Shown here one piece after another: positions 9,419 through 19,814 of a DNA stretch of 64,000 nt; position 1 is the first letter of the stretch, and every line of letters begins with the position of its first letter. The notes below the pieces were generated by a model, which was not told where the DNA came from, did no database searches, and saw nothing but the letters and a program-made list of their open reading frames with translations. The position numbers were made by a program, and so were the translations under genes. Where the stretch lies: positions 90,409 through 154,408 of IMG/VR virus record IMGVR_UViG_3300028045_000007; one strand, written 5' to 3'. The stretch comes from a virus.

Positions 9419-11226
9419 AAAAACGTATTCTATTTGTGGGCGAAGCCAGTAATCTAAGCACTGGGTTTTCGACATATTATCGAGAATTGATACCTCGTCT
9501 AGTAGCCACGGGCAAATACGAGATTGCTGAGTTTGGGTGCTATGTGCGTCAGGACGACCCCGCAGTTCATAACTTTATCCAGGGCCGCTGGAAGTTTTAT
9601 GGCGTCATGCCAATGTCCGAAGAAGAGAATCAGGTCTTCAATCAGCCGAATCCACACCCTCGTACTCGTGGACAGAATACTAACCAGTTTGGCGAGTATA
9701 AGTTCAACAGTGTTGTTGCTGATTTCAAGCCCGATATTGTAATTGATATTCGAGATTGGTGGATGCTTGAATACCAGGAACGCAGTGTCTTTAGACCTTG
9801 GTACAAATGGATCGTGATGCCAACCGTGGACGCAGAGCCACAAGACGAGAGTTGGGTTCAAACTTACGAGAATGCCAATATGGTTTTGGCATATTCCGAC
9901 TACGGAGTACATACGCTACGTCGTCAAAGTCAACTCATGCCCAATGGTCGCCGCAAAATGAAGGTATTCCCTACGCCTATGCGGCCCGGCGTTGATCTTA
10001 CAGTTTTCAAACCTATAGATAAAGCCGATACTCGTGAGTATTGGAATATGTCTAAAACCAATCCTGTAATTGGTACAGTAATGCGTAATCAAAGTCGTAA
10101 ACTGTATCCAGACTTGATTGATGCTTTTTCACTCATGAAGAAGCGATACAAGGGTGTTGATGCTGTCGATAAGGCCGTACTCTTGATTCATTCGTCTTGG
10201 CCCGACAATCAGCATTCATTTGATTATCCACGTCATATGATGAGGCTTGAAACGTATGAATGGCTACCTCATTACAACAAGGGCATTCGTGGTAGTGTCT
10301 TGCAAACCATGCACTGTCACGCTTGTAAAGAACCATCTGTGACGTTTGCTATGAACCTTTATGGTAAACCCCTGCAAGATGGACGTATTAAGTTACCTTG
10401 TCCTCATTGTGGTGCGGTAGAAGCTTCGCCTCCGGGTACTGGCGGAGGATTTACTCGTGAACGACTAGCTAAACTATATAACCTCATGGATCTGTATGTA
10501 CAATGCTCTATTTGTGAGGGCGATGGCATGCCGATCCAAGAAGCGAAGGCGTGCGGTGTGCCAGCACTCATGACAGATTACACGGCCATGCGTGAGAAGG
10601 GGCGTTTTCCAGACTATCCTCACTTTGAGGAACTCAAGATAACCGAAGACACATACACCTGTCCGAAGGGTGGCATGGTTGTAGATGTTGAGCGGTACTA
10701 TTACGAGCCTGAAACTAGTTGTCGCCGAGCACATCCGTCAATCAGTGACCTAGCTGACAAGATGCATAAGGCTATCTCGGATGACGATCTTCTTGCCAAA
10801 ATGTCCACCGAGGCCAGAGAGTGTGCCGAAGAGAACTACGACTGGGAGGAATTGTGGCAGCAATGGGAATATGTGCTGGACAACGTTGTGCCAATGGATA
10901 GATCAGAGACCTGGGATAGTCCTATCGTAGAACACGATGAAGTCAAGCCCGTGCCCATTCCTGACAATTTGAGCGACGAACAGTACGTGGAATGGCTATA
11001 CATTAATGTTCTCAAGTATCCTGTCGTAGACCCGGAGGGTGCAAAGACATGGATTCAACACCTACAACTCGGTGTGCCGCGTGAAAGACTCATGGAGCAA
11101 TTCGTTGCTATCGGTAACCAACAATCAGATGGCAGTAAAGTGCGTGATCAGATCCGTAGTCAGATGCTTCCACAGGGACATAGCGTAACGCCCGTGGCCA
11201 ATAGACCAAAACAGGAGTTCATTTAA
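9415..11226 (+). CDS. GT-B (GT4-like) glycosyltransferase with Zn-ribbon insert and DUF4214-like tail
   Basis: KRILFVGE..STGF, MRNQSRK, EGDGMPIQEAKACG (EX7E), CHAC/CPHC. Confidence 0.85.
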   Translation: MKKRILFVGEASNLSTGFSTYYRELIPRLVATGKYEIAEFGCYVRQDDPAVHNFIQGRWKFYGVMPMSEEENQVFNQPNPHPRTRGQNTNQFGEYKFNSVVADFKPDIVIDIRDWWMLEYQERSVFRPWYKWIVMPTVDAEPQDESWVQTYENANMVLAYSDYGVHTLRRQSQLMPNGRRKMKVFPTPMRPGVDLTVFKPIDKADTREYWNMSKTNPVIGTVMRNQSRKLYPDLIDAFSLMKKRYKGVDAVDKAVLLIHSSWPDNQHSFDYPRHMMRLETYEWLPHYNKGIRGSVLQTMHCHACKEPSVTFAMNLYGKPLQDGRIKLPCPHCGAVEASPPGTGGGFTRERLAKLYNLMDLYVQCSICEGDGMPIQEAKACGVPALMTDYTAMREKGRFPDYPHFEELKITEDTYTCPKGGMVVDVERYYYEPETSCRRAHPSISDLADKMHKAISDDDLLAKMSTEARECAEENYDWEELWQQWEYVLDNVVPMDRSETWDSPIVEHDEVKPVPIPDNLSDEQYVEWLYINVLKYPVVDPEGAKTWIQHLQLGVPRERLMEQFVAIGNQQSDGSKVRDQIRSQMLPQGHSVTPVANRPKQEFI

Positions 11227-11227
11227 T

Positions 11228-12487
11228 ATGAAACTACTACTCACTGGACCGCTCCTAGACTTCAGCGGCTTTGCTCATGCGTCGCGTGACATCTTGCGTA
11301 TGCTGCTCGAAAGCGACGAACTCGATATCGTAATCCGTCCCCTGCGGTATGATCAGCTAGATCCGGGGCAGGAGTTTGAGGTTCCGGATTGGATGCAGCC
11401 GCTACTGGAAAAAGACCTCATGAATGTTGACATGGTATTGCAGATTACTACGTGCAACGTAGAGGCAGTACCGATCCCCGGCGTGGTCAATGGACTCTAT
11501 ACCTTTTTCGAGACCAATAGATTACAACCTAATTGGGCAGCTAAGGCTCAGGAATTTGACTTTCTAATTGTGCCGTCGCGATTCAACGCCGAGGCCCTTG
11601 GTTATTCTGGCGTGACCAAACCCGTCTTAGTTGCTGCTCCTCCGTGCGACGAGGACACGTACAAGCGTGAATATACTCCCTTTGAGATTGCAGACGTAGA
11701 GGGACGTACTGTATTCTATAATATCTGTCAGCTTAGTACTAAAAAAGGCATCGATGTTTTGCTGAGGGCATACTATGCGGCGTTTGCCGGTGCTCCGGAT
11801 GACGTTTTGCTTGTTCTTAAGACGTATGTCGATATGCAGAATCGTCAAAATGATTTTGATATTGTAAAAGGGTACATTGAGGGTATCAAGGCACGTTGTC
11901 GCATCCCGGTGGAGAAACTTCCCCCCGTATTACCTGTTGTGTATACCATGACAGATGATGAAATTCATGGCCTACACACTAGAGGCGACGCCTATGTTTG
12001 CTCCAGTCGTGCAGAGGGTTGGGGACTGCCTGTATTTGATGCAATGGCACATGGCAATACCGTAATTTCGCACGACAAGAGTGGTCTGGGAGATTTCGTG
12101 TCTCGTGAAAATTGCTTGCTTTATGGTGGCACACCCTCGTTCTTCTATGATATGCCACATCCGGACCCCTTGCTCTTTACAGGTATTGAGCAATGTCTTG
12201 AGCCCTCACCAGTTGAATTGGCTTTGACCATGCAGCAGTTTCACTTGCTTCGTAAGGGTAACGAGAGCGACGAGCTAGACGAAGCCCATCAAGAACAATG
12301 GAGTGCTGTATTGCAGCGACGCGAGAATGCTGCACAGGTTGGTCAACGCTTTGACTATCGCAACATTAGTGGCAAAGTTGTTACACAGCTTTTGGCGGCA
12401 CTTAAGTCTTGGAAAGAGACAGGTGTGGTCAGTTATGATGCAACCGCAGAAGGTACCGTAGTAGGTAGTCTAGAGGATCAACTATGA
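11228..12487 (+). CDS. GT-B (GT4-like) glycosyltransferase
   Basis: SGFAHASR, KKGIDVLLRAY, SRAEGWGLPVFDAMAHG. Confidence 0.88.
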   Translation: MKLLLTGPLLDFSGFAHASRDILRMLLESDELDIVIRPLRYDQLDPGQEFEVPDWMQPLLEKDLMNVDMVLQITTCNVEAVPIPGVVNGLYTFFETNRLQPNWAAKAQEFDFLIVPSRFNAEALGYSGVTKPVLVAAPPCDEDTYKREYTPFEIADVEGRTVFYNICQLSTKKGIDVLLRAYYAAFAGAPDDVLLVLKTYVDMQNRQNDFDIVKGYIEGIKARCRIPVEKLPPVLPVVYTMTDDEIHGLHTRGDAYVCSSRAEGWGLPVFDAMAHGNTVISHDKSGLGDFVSRENCLLYGGTPSFFYDMPHPDPLLFTGIEQCLEPSPVELALTMQQFHLLRKGNESDELDEAHQEQWSAVLQRRENAAQVGQRFDYRNISGKVVTQLLAALKSWKETGVVSYDATAEGTVVGSLEDQL

Positions 12488-13521
12488 ATAATCAACCCCT
12501 ATATGTTCCGCAGATGCAGTCTATTGCGGACTGTGTAAATAAGCCCGTGCGTATTGTGCAATGTATTCAAATGCACAACGAGGAGGAGTTCGCATCACTT
12601 GTGCTTGCCTCCCTCTATGACGAGGTAGACCGCATCCTCGTCATAGAAGGGGCAGTTGAAAATAGACCTAACTCCACAGAGGATGGACACTCTATTGATA
12701 GCACGAAAGAGATTTTGGCTGACTTTAAAGCCAATCATGACCCCGACAACAAAGTCGTAATCATCTCTATCAATAAACACTGGAAGAACCTAGAGGAGAT
12801 GAAGCAAGCATTCCTAGATATGTCATTTCCGGGCGACTGGATTCTTATCAATGACGCTGACGAGTTCTATCGCCCAGAAGATATTCGTCGCTTGCGGCGA
12901 GCGATCGATCTAAATCCTCACGCCTGTGAGTTTGTGCCTAACTTCCTACACTTCTATGGCGACATCTTCCACGTTGCTGTGCCCGGTCCCGAATGGCAAC
13001 CGCAGCACCAGAGGTTCTTCAAGTTTGTGCGTGGCATGAAATACAACTCTCACCCAGTTGTGACCGATCCCGCTGGCCACTGTACATATTTCTCTCTACA
13101 CTACCAACATCGTAGAGTGATGCTCAACGATTTCTGGATCTACCACTATGGTTATGCTCGCCGCAACATGAAAGCAATCATGACCGACAAGCAAGAGTAC
13201 TACAAAGGGGAACTCGCTAAGCATGACGGTGCAGACAAGAAGTTCGACCAGAAGGTACAGGATTGGATGGACGGGACCGAGCCGGTGCTGGAGTTTGACG
13301 GACAACATCCGGCCATTTTTGAAGCCAAACCGGGCGTGCCGTTGCCAAGCCTAATGGTGCCTATGGACCACGAGCTAAACGTGGTTGGTAGCTGGAAGGA
13401 CGATCCGTTTTACAGCAAAGTACTTGCTGGAGAAGAATACGGCAACATTTACCTATGTATGACGGGTAGGGCACAACCACACATAGAACACTACCACAAT
13501 GGTATGGAGATACAACAATGA
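12484..13521 (+). CDS. GT-A (GT2-like) glycosyltransferase
   Basis: HNEEEF, SIDST, DWILINDADE (DXD), HYGY. Confidence 0.82.
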   Translation: MNNQPLYVPQMQSIADCVNKPVRIVQCIQMHNEEEFASLVLASLYDEVDRILVIEGAVENRPNSTEDGHSIDSTKEILADFKANHDPDNKVVIISINKHWKNLEEMKQAFLDMSFPGDWILINDADEFYRPEDIRRLRRAIDLNPHACEFVPNFLHFYGDIFHVAVPGPEWQPQHQRFFKFVRGMKYNSHPVVTDPAGHCTYFSLHYQHRRVMLNDFWIYHYGYARRNMKAIMTDKQEYYKGELAKHDGADKKFDQKVQDWMDGTEPVLEFDGQHPAIFEAKPGVPLPSLMVPMDHELNVVGSWKDDPFYSKVLAGEEYGNIYLCMTGRAQPHIEHYHNGMEIQQ

Positions 13522-13850
13522 GACTACGTCATAAACTTGCGGCATTGCTCACTAGATGGGCACTCTGTCTTGATCCCACCAACGCTACTATACGTCGTGC
13601 GGCACTTGAAGCACTCGACGCTCGTAATCTCGCACAAGAGAAGGAATTTAGCGATGGCTTTTCTCAGATCGATTGGGTCAAGAGAGACATCGAGGGTGGC
13701 AGGGAGGATTGTGATCACATGAACGTTCTGTGTGAGGTTCACGACATAGAAGATCGCCCATATCGTGTGTGTAGCCGATGCAGGGCTCGTGTATATATTC
13801 CACGTGCAGAACACAAAAGAGGACTTATTCCGTTTGACGGCACAAAATGA
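13518..13850 (+). CDS. Hypothetical protein
   Basis: ATGA-coupled ORF with CxH...CxxC. Confidence 0.6.
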   Translation: MRLRHKLAALLTRWALCLDPTNATIRRAALEALDARNLAQEKEFSDGFSQIDWVKRDIEGGREDCDHMNVLCEVHDIEDRPYRVCSRCRARVYIPRAEHKRGLIPFDGTK

Positions 13851-14281
13851 ATTACACATACAAATACCCCCGCTACGACATCACGTGTGATATTGCGTGT
13901 GTCGTTTGGAACTTTTACTCCAAACAGGCAACAGAGCTTCTACTGATTAAGCGTGGAGTTGAGCCTGACAAGGGCAAATGGGCGTTGCCGGGAGGACACC
14001 TTGATCCTGATGAACTCTTGATCGAGTGTGCCGCACGCGAACTACAAGAAGAAACGGGGCTAGTTGCTGATCTGCAACCTGTTCGTAACTTTGACACTAT
14101 AGATAGGTCTCCAAACGACCGATGTATCTGTTGTCTTTTCATGGCAAAGTTTGACATCAGTAGACCAGAGGTGGTAGCGGGTGACGATGCCGTAGATTAC
14201 AAGTGGATCAAGGCGGGAGACCTAGACGATATTGACTTTGCATTCGACTGCAAGGAAATGGCTAAGACTATACTACTATGA
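13847..14281 (+). CDS. NUDIX hydrolase (ADP-ribose pyrophosphatase-like)
   Basis: WALPGGHLDPDE...AARELQEETG Nudix box; AGDDA, AFD. Confidence 0.92.
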   Translation: MNYTYKYPRYDITCDIACVVWNFYSKQATELLLIKRGVEPDKGKWALPGGHLDPDELLIECAARELQEETGLVADLQPVRNFDTIDRSPNDRCICCLFMAKFDISRPEVVAGDDAVDYKWIKAGDLDDIDFAFDCKEMAKTILL

Positions 14282-15216
14282 AGAAAGTACTGTACGTTGG
14301 CTTGAAATGGAATTACGGTAAGAAAGAGGAGGACACTTCCTTTGAATACCGTAACATTGAGGCGGGCATCAAGGAGTGTGCTGACGTTACCTGTTGGCAT
14401 CCGGACGAACCAAGCATGTCCGAAGATGAGTTGCTAGAATTAGTCCCTAAGTTTGATTGTATCTTCCATACGGCGTTTAACGAGACTCTTGACCTACCAG
14501 AGTCGGTAGCTCGCCTTGCCATGAGGATTGATATTCCTGTTGTGCAGTGGGACTGTGATGCGTCCTGGAGATTCCACAACTGGATCCTGCCGCATCGCAA
14601 GGATAGAGCGTCGCACTTTATTACTACTCACTCCTCTACGGTGGGGTGGTACGAGAAATGCGGTATGAACGTGATCAAGTCCCAGTGGGCGGGCTCTCCG
14701 ATGTATGTTGGCAAACCAGATACTCCCAAGCTATACGACGTTGGCTTTGCTGGGCAAAAGCACGGCATTAGAACTCAGTTGATAGAGGTTATGGCCAAGG
14801 CTGGCTTCGATGTCCATGTCTTTGGTCATTACTGGGAAGACTTTCCTAACTCTCATCCACATACACCGCAGCTTCAGCAGATGATTGATGTCTTGGACGC
14901 CTCCAAGATTTGTCTCAATCTGTCCAACCCGTGGCACGTTGGCACAATGCCTCAGATCAAGGGTAGACACTTTGAAATCCCCCAAGTTGGAGGCTTTCAA
15001 CTGACAACGACTGCTGACAACCTTGACGAATACTTTGTTCCCGACAAAGAAATCATCGTCGTTCATTCTGCACCAGACCTAATTGAGCGTTCGCTGTACT
15101 ATCTTGATCACGAAGATGAGCGGTTGGCTATCGCGAAGGCCGGTCAGGAAAGAGTGCTCCGTGATCATCAATGGAAACATAGGTTCGAGGATATCTTTAA
15201 TGAGATTGGAATCTGA
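14278..15216 (+). CDS. CgeB-like (Glyco_trans_1_2) glycosyltransferase
   Basis: YDVGFAG, SKICLN, KGRHFEIPQVGGFQLT, RLAIAKAGQERVLRDH. Confidence 0.85.
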   Translation: MKKVLYVGLKWNYGKKEEDTSFEYRNIEAGIKECADVTCWHPDEPSMSEDELLELVPKFDCIFHTAFNETLDLPESVARLAMRIDIPVVQWDCDASWRFHNWILPHRKDRASHFITTHSSTVGWYEKCGMNVIKSQWAGSPMYVGKPDTPKLYDVGFAGQKHGIRTQLIEVMAKAGFDVHVFGHYWEDFPNSHPHTPQLQQMIDVLDASKICLNLSNPWHVGTMPQIKGRHFEIPQVGGFQLTTTADNLDEYFVPDKEIIVVHSAPDLIERSLYYLDHEDERLAIAKAGQERVLRDHQWKHRFEDIFNEIGI

Positions 15217-15778
15217 CATCATTCGTGACATCGATGGCGTTTTATGCTATAACAATTTTGAGTTCTGTGATCCAGTGCCATTCTTGAATTCGTGCCCAGC
15301 TATTTTTCCTGGGTCGTTTAACCCCGTACACGATGCACATTTGGCTATTGGTACGGAATGCTTATTTGAGATCTGTGTAGACAATTTCTATAAGGGACTT
15401 GCCGATCCGGAAGATATCCTGCATCGCATTAAGATGTTGTCACTATGTGGCGTGCCCGTATTGCTCACCAAGGGTCGTAGTTATGTTGAAAAAGACAGGC
15501 TGTTGCGTAGTTGTCGCAATACACGCTACGTGTATCGTATTGGCAGTGATGCGTGGCACAGATGCATTCGATCTGAGGGTATGTTTGATGGCGTAGACGC
15601 TGCCTTTGAAGTGTACGCCTATCCTGGCGAGACCGTTGCGAGTGCAGACCTAGACTTTTGTGTTGTTCATCTACCAAGACCTCAGGTGCGTGCGTCTGAT
15701 ATCCGACTGGGTAAACCACACAATATCCCCGACGTTGTTAGGGAGTATATAGATCAAAACGGATTGTATCAAGTATGA
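15200..15778 (+). CDS. HxGH-superfamily nucleotidyltransferase (NadD/cytidylyltransferase-like)
   Basis: FPGSFNPVHDAH, IGSD, RASDIR...IPDVVREYIDQNGLY. Confidence 0.75.
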   Translation: MRLESDIIRDIDGVLCYNNFEFCDPVPFLNSCPAIFPGSFNPVHDAHLAIGTECLFEICVDNFYKGLADPEDILHRIKMLSLCGVPVLLTKGRSYVEKDRLLRSCRNTRYVYRIGSDAWHRCIRSEGMFDGVDAAFEVYAYPGETVASADLDFCVVHLPRPQVRASDIRLGKPHNIPDVVREYIDQNGLYQV

Positions 15779-16632
15779 AATTATCGTATATTGTAGCTAC
15801 ATACAACTGTCCCCACTGGCTGGATTTACATCTTGCCAATTTGATCGAAGGACAGACAGATCGTGATTTTGAAGTACTCGTTGTTCATCACGAATCACCC
15901 AATTATGATAGAGAAGTAGGAGAAAAATGGGCAGCGATTGATGATCGCGTACGTAACCTAGACGATAAGGACTATGGGTGCTACGCCCCCGCCTGGATTC
16001 ATGGCTGGAAACATGCAAAGGGTGATTTCGTTGTCAACAGTAACACGGACGACTTCCATCATCCGGACTTTACCAGCGAATTCCATAAACATATGACATT
16101 GGCGACCAAAGGGGTTCTATCTCCTTATCCTATAGCATTTGGCTATGCAGGCATGCAGGTTGTACGCGAAGACGGTAGAATGGTCGGTGCGGGACTAAAG
16201 CCAGCCTTCGATTTTGAGCTAATGACTCGTGAATGCTGGGGTGGACCCCAGGTATGCTGGCGTAACGATGACGACTTTCGTCAGACGGTTGACTGGGATC
16301 TGATGTTGGATCGAGCCAAGAGCTATCACTCCGCGTATGACTACTGGCTATGGCTTTACTTCTTAAGTTTGGGGTATCACGGCTACGTTATCCAGAAGAT
16401 ACTGACTATCTACACACAAAGAGATGGGTCCGTCGAGAATGCTAACAAGTGGCAAAATAATTGGGAAACATATGCGTCCATTAGTGAGTTTTTCGGACAT
16501 AATTTTGATGGACACTTGAAACACGCTCGGGAGTTTCGTGACTTCCATACATTGCCCCCCAAGGACAAGTGGGTAGAGACTATGCAAGCAGGAAAAAAAT
16601 GGAAAAGATCAAAGCGTGGTGGTACAAACTAG
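15775..16632 (+). CDS. GT-A (GT2) glycosyltransferase
   Basis: LSYIVATYN, QTDRDFEVLVV, AKGDFVVNSNTDD, YDYWLWL. Confidence 0.85.
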   Translation: MKLSYIVATYNCPHWLDLHLANLIEGQTDRDFEVLVVHHESPNYDREVGEKWAAIDDRVRNLDDKDYGCYAPAWIHGWKHAKGDFVVNSNTDDFHHPDFTSEFHKHMTLATKGVLSPYPIAFGYAGMQVVREDGRMVGAGLKPAFDFELMTRECWGGPQVCWRNDDDFRQTVDWDLMLDRAKSYHSAYDYWLWLYFLSLGYHGYVIQKILTIYTQRDGSVENANKWQNNWETYASISEFFGHNFDGHLKHAREFRDFHTLPPKDKWVETMQAGKKWKRSKRGGTN

Positions 16633-17009
16633 TCGCTAGCGACCTCGTTCTGAAGATTAAGCTCGTGGACGCTCGACTTGCTAGTGAAAAAATCATTAGT
16701 GATGCCCTCAGAAAAGAACTAAACTCGGTACGCAGGAGATACGCCGAGGTTACGGAAAAGCTCCACATGAAGCTTGCAAATGATGATTCCAGAGCGGCAG
16801 TTCAGATCCTTAGGGAGAGAATGGGCATGGATTCAACCCTTCCTGGCAAGCTTGATATCGTCAGACAACAACTTCGTCAGGAACTTGCCGTAGCCTGCTA
16901 TCACGACGAGTTACTTGAACATTACGCCAGCGATCAGTGCTCTTTCGACGACCTTCCTCTTGAGGAACGTAAGCGATACTTCAAGATGATCGACGACCAA
17001 ACCTCATGA
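16599..17009 (+). CDS. Hypothetical helical protein
   Basis: ORF filling the gap between GTs; ATGA coupling downstream. Confidence 0.55.
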   Translation: MEKIKAWWYKLVASDLVLKIKLVDARLASEKIISDALRKELNSVRRRYAEVTEKLHMKLANDDSRAAVQILRERMGMDSTLPGKLDIVRQQLRQELAVACYHDELLEHYASDQCSFDDLPLEERKRYFKMIDDQTS

Positions 17010-18076
17010 TTAAGATTCTGCATTACCTACGTAACTTGGGGCTCGGAGGCACCGAAAAGACCTGTGAGTTGTTTTTCAAGTATTCGTCTAGTGATTTTGA
17101 CGTTGTGGTTGCGTACGAAAAGACTGGCGATCATACCAGATTGCAGCAATTTCGAGATGCCGCTGACGAGTGTGATGGTAGACTCTATGAGGTAGACTCG
17201 CATTCTACTGATTCTGATCTTGTAGCACTCATCAATAAGATTAAGCCAGACATTGTTCATGTGTATCGTAGTGGTTTTGAGGAGTATCCAGAGCCCGGTA
17301 CGCATATTGACGTACCCCATTTTGTAGAGACTAACGTCTTTGGGTTTGTTGATCGCAATCCCCTGATTGATCGTACTCTGTTTATGAGTAGGTGGCTAAT
17401 GGACAATACGCTTCGTGGTTTTTATCACTCGCGTTTTGACTATGTGAACAACCCCGTTGAGGAGCCTTATACTCAGGAGCGACTCCCTGGACTTGCCGAA
17501 GAGATCACGTGGCTTGGTCGTTGTGGTCGTCCAGACAATGGCATCTATAATGCCGTGAACGTTGAGGCTGCTCGTCTATTGCGTCTCCAGGGACACGACG
17601 TAGGTTTTATTGTGATGGCTCCTCCTAGCAATATGATTGATGACCTGAAGCGTCACGGCATCCCCTATCGTGCTATTAAGCCCACGACTGATCCTGTTGA
17701 ACTAAGTAAGTTCTACAATTCGGTTGACATCTATGCTCACGCACGAGCAGATGGTGAGACGTTTGGCGTAAACATTGCCGAAGCGATGATGCACGGCAAG
17801 CCGGTCGTGACGCATATTGCCACGCCTAGTAACCCCCAAATGGGCGTTTTTCAGTCGCAAACAGAACTTGTAGATCATGGTAGCACTGGCATTGTCGTTA
17901 ACAATAATGCCGCTGAGTATTCTGAAGCACTGAAGGTTTTGTTAGATCCAGTCATGAGGGAAGGAATGGGGGCCGCTGGCTTCATTAAGGCCGTTCGTGA
18001 ATATCATGTTGACGCATGTGTTCGGAAACTAGAAAAGATTTATAGAGAGATTACAAATGGAAAAACTGAAGTTTGA
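17006..18076 (+). CDS. GT-B (GT4) glycosyltransferase
   Basis: LGGTEK, PDIVH, GETFGVNIAEAMMHGKPVV. Confidence 0.9.
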   Translation: MIKILHYLRNLGLGGTEKTCELFFKYSSSDFDVVVAYEKTGDHTRLQQFRDAADECDGRLYEVDSHSTDSDLVALINKIKPDIVHVYRSGFEEYPEPGTHIDVPHFVETNVFGFVDRNPLIDRTLFMSRWLMDNTLRGFYHSRFDYVNNPVEEPYTQERLPGLAEEITWLGRCGRPDNGIYNAVNVEAARLLRLQGHDVGFIVMAPPSNMIDDLKRHGIPYRAIKPTTDPVELSKFYNSVDIYAHARADGETFGVNIAEAMMHGKPVVTHIATPSNPQMGVFQSQTELVDHGSTGIVVNNNAAEYSEALKVLLDPVMREGMGAAGFIKAVREYHVDACVRKLEKIYREITNGKTEV

Positions 18077-18437
18077 TAAGATGTTCCTGCTCCAAAGACT
18101 AAACGAAAATCGTAAACGTCACGAGACCATTTTCGAGGAAGCCATCGAGGGCTATCGTACTAATGCGGTTGTTCATCTTGAGGAGCGTCTGGAGGACTTT
18201 GAGGCTGGCAAGGATGTCAATCTATATTTTACGCTAGATAAGCCATCGAACCATTTGAAGGACTACGATCGTGTCATCATGATGATTGAGCACAGCGTGG
18301 AGACCGAGATCGAGCTTACCGAGAGCGAGTATGCACACTACGTCATGGACGACTGGAGTTGGCAGCGTTCATTCATGACATCTAACTCGTTCTATTCGAC
18401 CACGGCTACCTCTGGCTGCCTGGAAATGGGATACTAA
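18057..18437 (+). CDS. Hypothetical phage protein
   Basis: Coupled ORF; P..H..DYDRVI.M...YVMDDWSW pattern. Confidence 0.7.
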   Translation: MEKLKFDKMFLLQRLNENRKRHETIFEEAIEGYRTNAVVHLEERLEDFEAGKDVNLYFTLDKPSNHLKDYDRVIMMIEHSVETEIELTESEYAHYVMDDWSWQRSFMTSNSFYSTTATSGCLEMGY

Positions 18438-18655
18438 TGTTCTGGAGGGGCCACCACTGTTACGAAGTGTGCGGCGTATGTGGTAAGCTAGTAAGACTAA
18501 ACAAACCTCTTCTTGGTAGCTTACACATATGTCTTACCGAAGAAGAACGTAACGGTTTTGTGACCCGGGACGGATGCCGTAAGGTCAAGCGTAGCGTAAT
18601 AACACACGAGAACGAAAACGGAGCCTGTGGCTTTATTGAGTTTGAAGATGAATAA
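18437..18655 (+). CDS. Small Cys-rich hypothetical protein
   Basis: CGVCG...HIC; TAATG coupling. Confidence 0.55.
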   Translation: MFWRGHHCYEVCGVCGKLVRLNKPLLGSLHICLTEEERNGFVTRDGCRKVKRSVITHENENGACGFIEFEDE

Positions 18656-19814
18656 GATTAAAGTAGTACATCACTCTAAGACCTGTGGCTTTAGTGGCAC
18701 AGATCGTACGGCTCAACTATTCTGTAAGTACCTTGCTACCAGCAAGCGTTTCGAGCCATTCATCGTATACCGTGAGGGTGATGGTGCAAATTCTCGCTTG
18801 GATATTGCTAGACAATGGCTAGGCGATGATCACGTCGTTGGTTACGAGTGGGAACCCGGCAAGAAGGGGCGTAACGCACCATTTATGCCACAGCATGATA
18901 ACCTGCACGACGTACTAAAGGGTATCGACCCAGACATCGTGCATGTTCACCGCTCAGGGTATGCCGAGTGGCCCGGGTTTCGCTATATGGCCCCGCGTGC
19001 TAAATGGGTAGAGACTAACATCTTTGGGTATACTGACGACACGCCCGAGTCTCAGTTTGACCTTCACGTCTACATCTCCGATTACATCTGCTCGCGTGCC
19101 ATGAACGACGGTGGACCTAACGGCCCCGTGCTGTACAATCCTATTGAGCAGCCCGTACTGGATATGACGCCTGAAAACAAAGAGTTGTGTCGTGAGCGGC
19201 TCCTAACCAAGTTCAAGATTCCGCACAATGCTGTCCTACTTGGTCGTGTTGGGCGTCCCGACAACTTTGATCCCATCTCTCTGCGTGCGTTTGCAGAGGT
19301 CGAGAAGGAATTTCCAGAAGCTTGGTACATCGTGATTGGTGCATGTGAGAGGTGGCACGCCGAAGCCAAACGTCTAGGTATCCAGAACATTAGGTTTGGC
19401 GACATCATCATCGATGACGCCGAGCTGTCTGCGTTCTACCACGGGCTTGATGTTTATGCTCATGCCCGCCATGACGGCGAGTGTTGCCCATGTAACATCC
19501 AGGAAGCCATGATGCATGGCGTTCCCGTGGTGTCACACGAGAGTGCCATCTACAATGGTCAGTCCGAAATCATTGGTGATGCTGGTTTTGTTGTGCCTAT
19601 TGGTAACCACGAAGCCTATCGCGACATCATCGTGCAACTAATCTTGGATCCAGAGGTTGTAGACGAAGACGGCACCGGTATGGTGCGACTTCGCAGCCAT
19701 TTCAGCCGTGCGGCACGCAGACGTGCTATGCGGTACTTCGATGCCGAGTGTATCACTAAACAACTTATACAATGTTACGACTGGGTTTTGTCTCATGAAA
19801 GTAATCAGCTTTAG
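18648..19814 (+). CDS. GT-B (GT4) glycosyltransferase, paralog of 17006..18076
   Basis: SGTDRT, PDIVHVHRSG, DGECCPCNIQEAMMHGVPVV. Confidence 0.88.
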   Translation: MNKIKVVHHSKTCGFSGTDRTAQLFCKYLATSKRFEPFIVYREGDGANSRLDIARQWLGDDHVVGYEWEPGKKGRNAPFMPQHDNLHDVLKGIDPDIVHVHRSGYAEWPGFRYMAPRAKWVETNIFGYTDDTPESQFDLHVYISDYICSRAMNDGGPNGPVLYNPIEQPVLDMTPENKELCRERLLTKFKIPHNAVLLGRVGRPDNFDPISLRAFAEVEKEFPEAWYIVIGACERWHAEAKRLGIQNIRFGDIIIDDAELSAFYHGLDVYAHARHDGECCPCNIQEAMMHGVPVVSHESAIYNGQSEIIGDAGFVVPIGNHEAYRDIIVQLILDPEVVDEDGTGMVRLRSHFSRAARRRAMRYFDAECITKQLIQCYDWVLSHESNQL

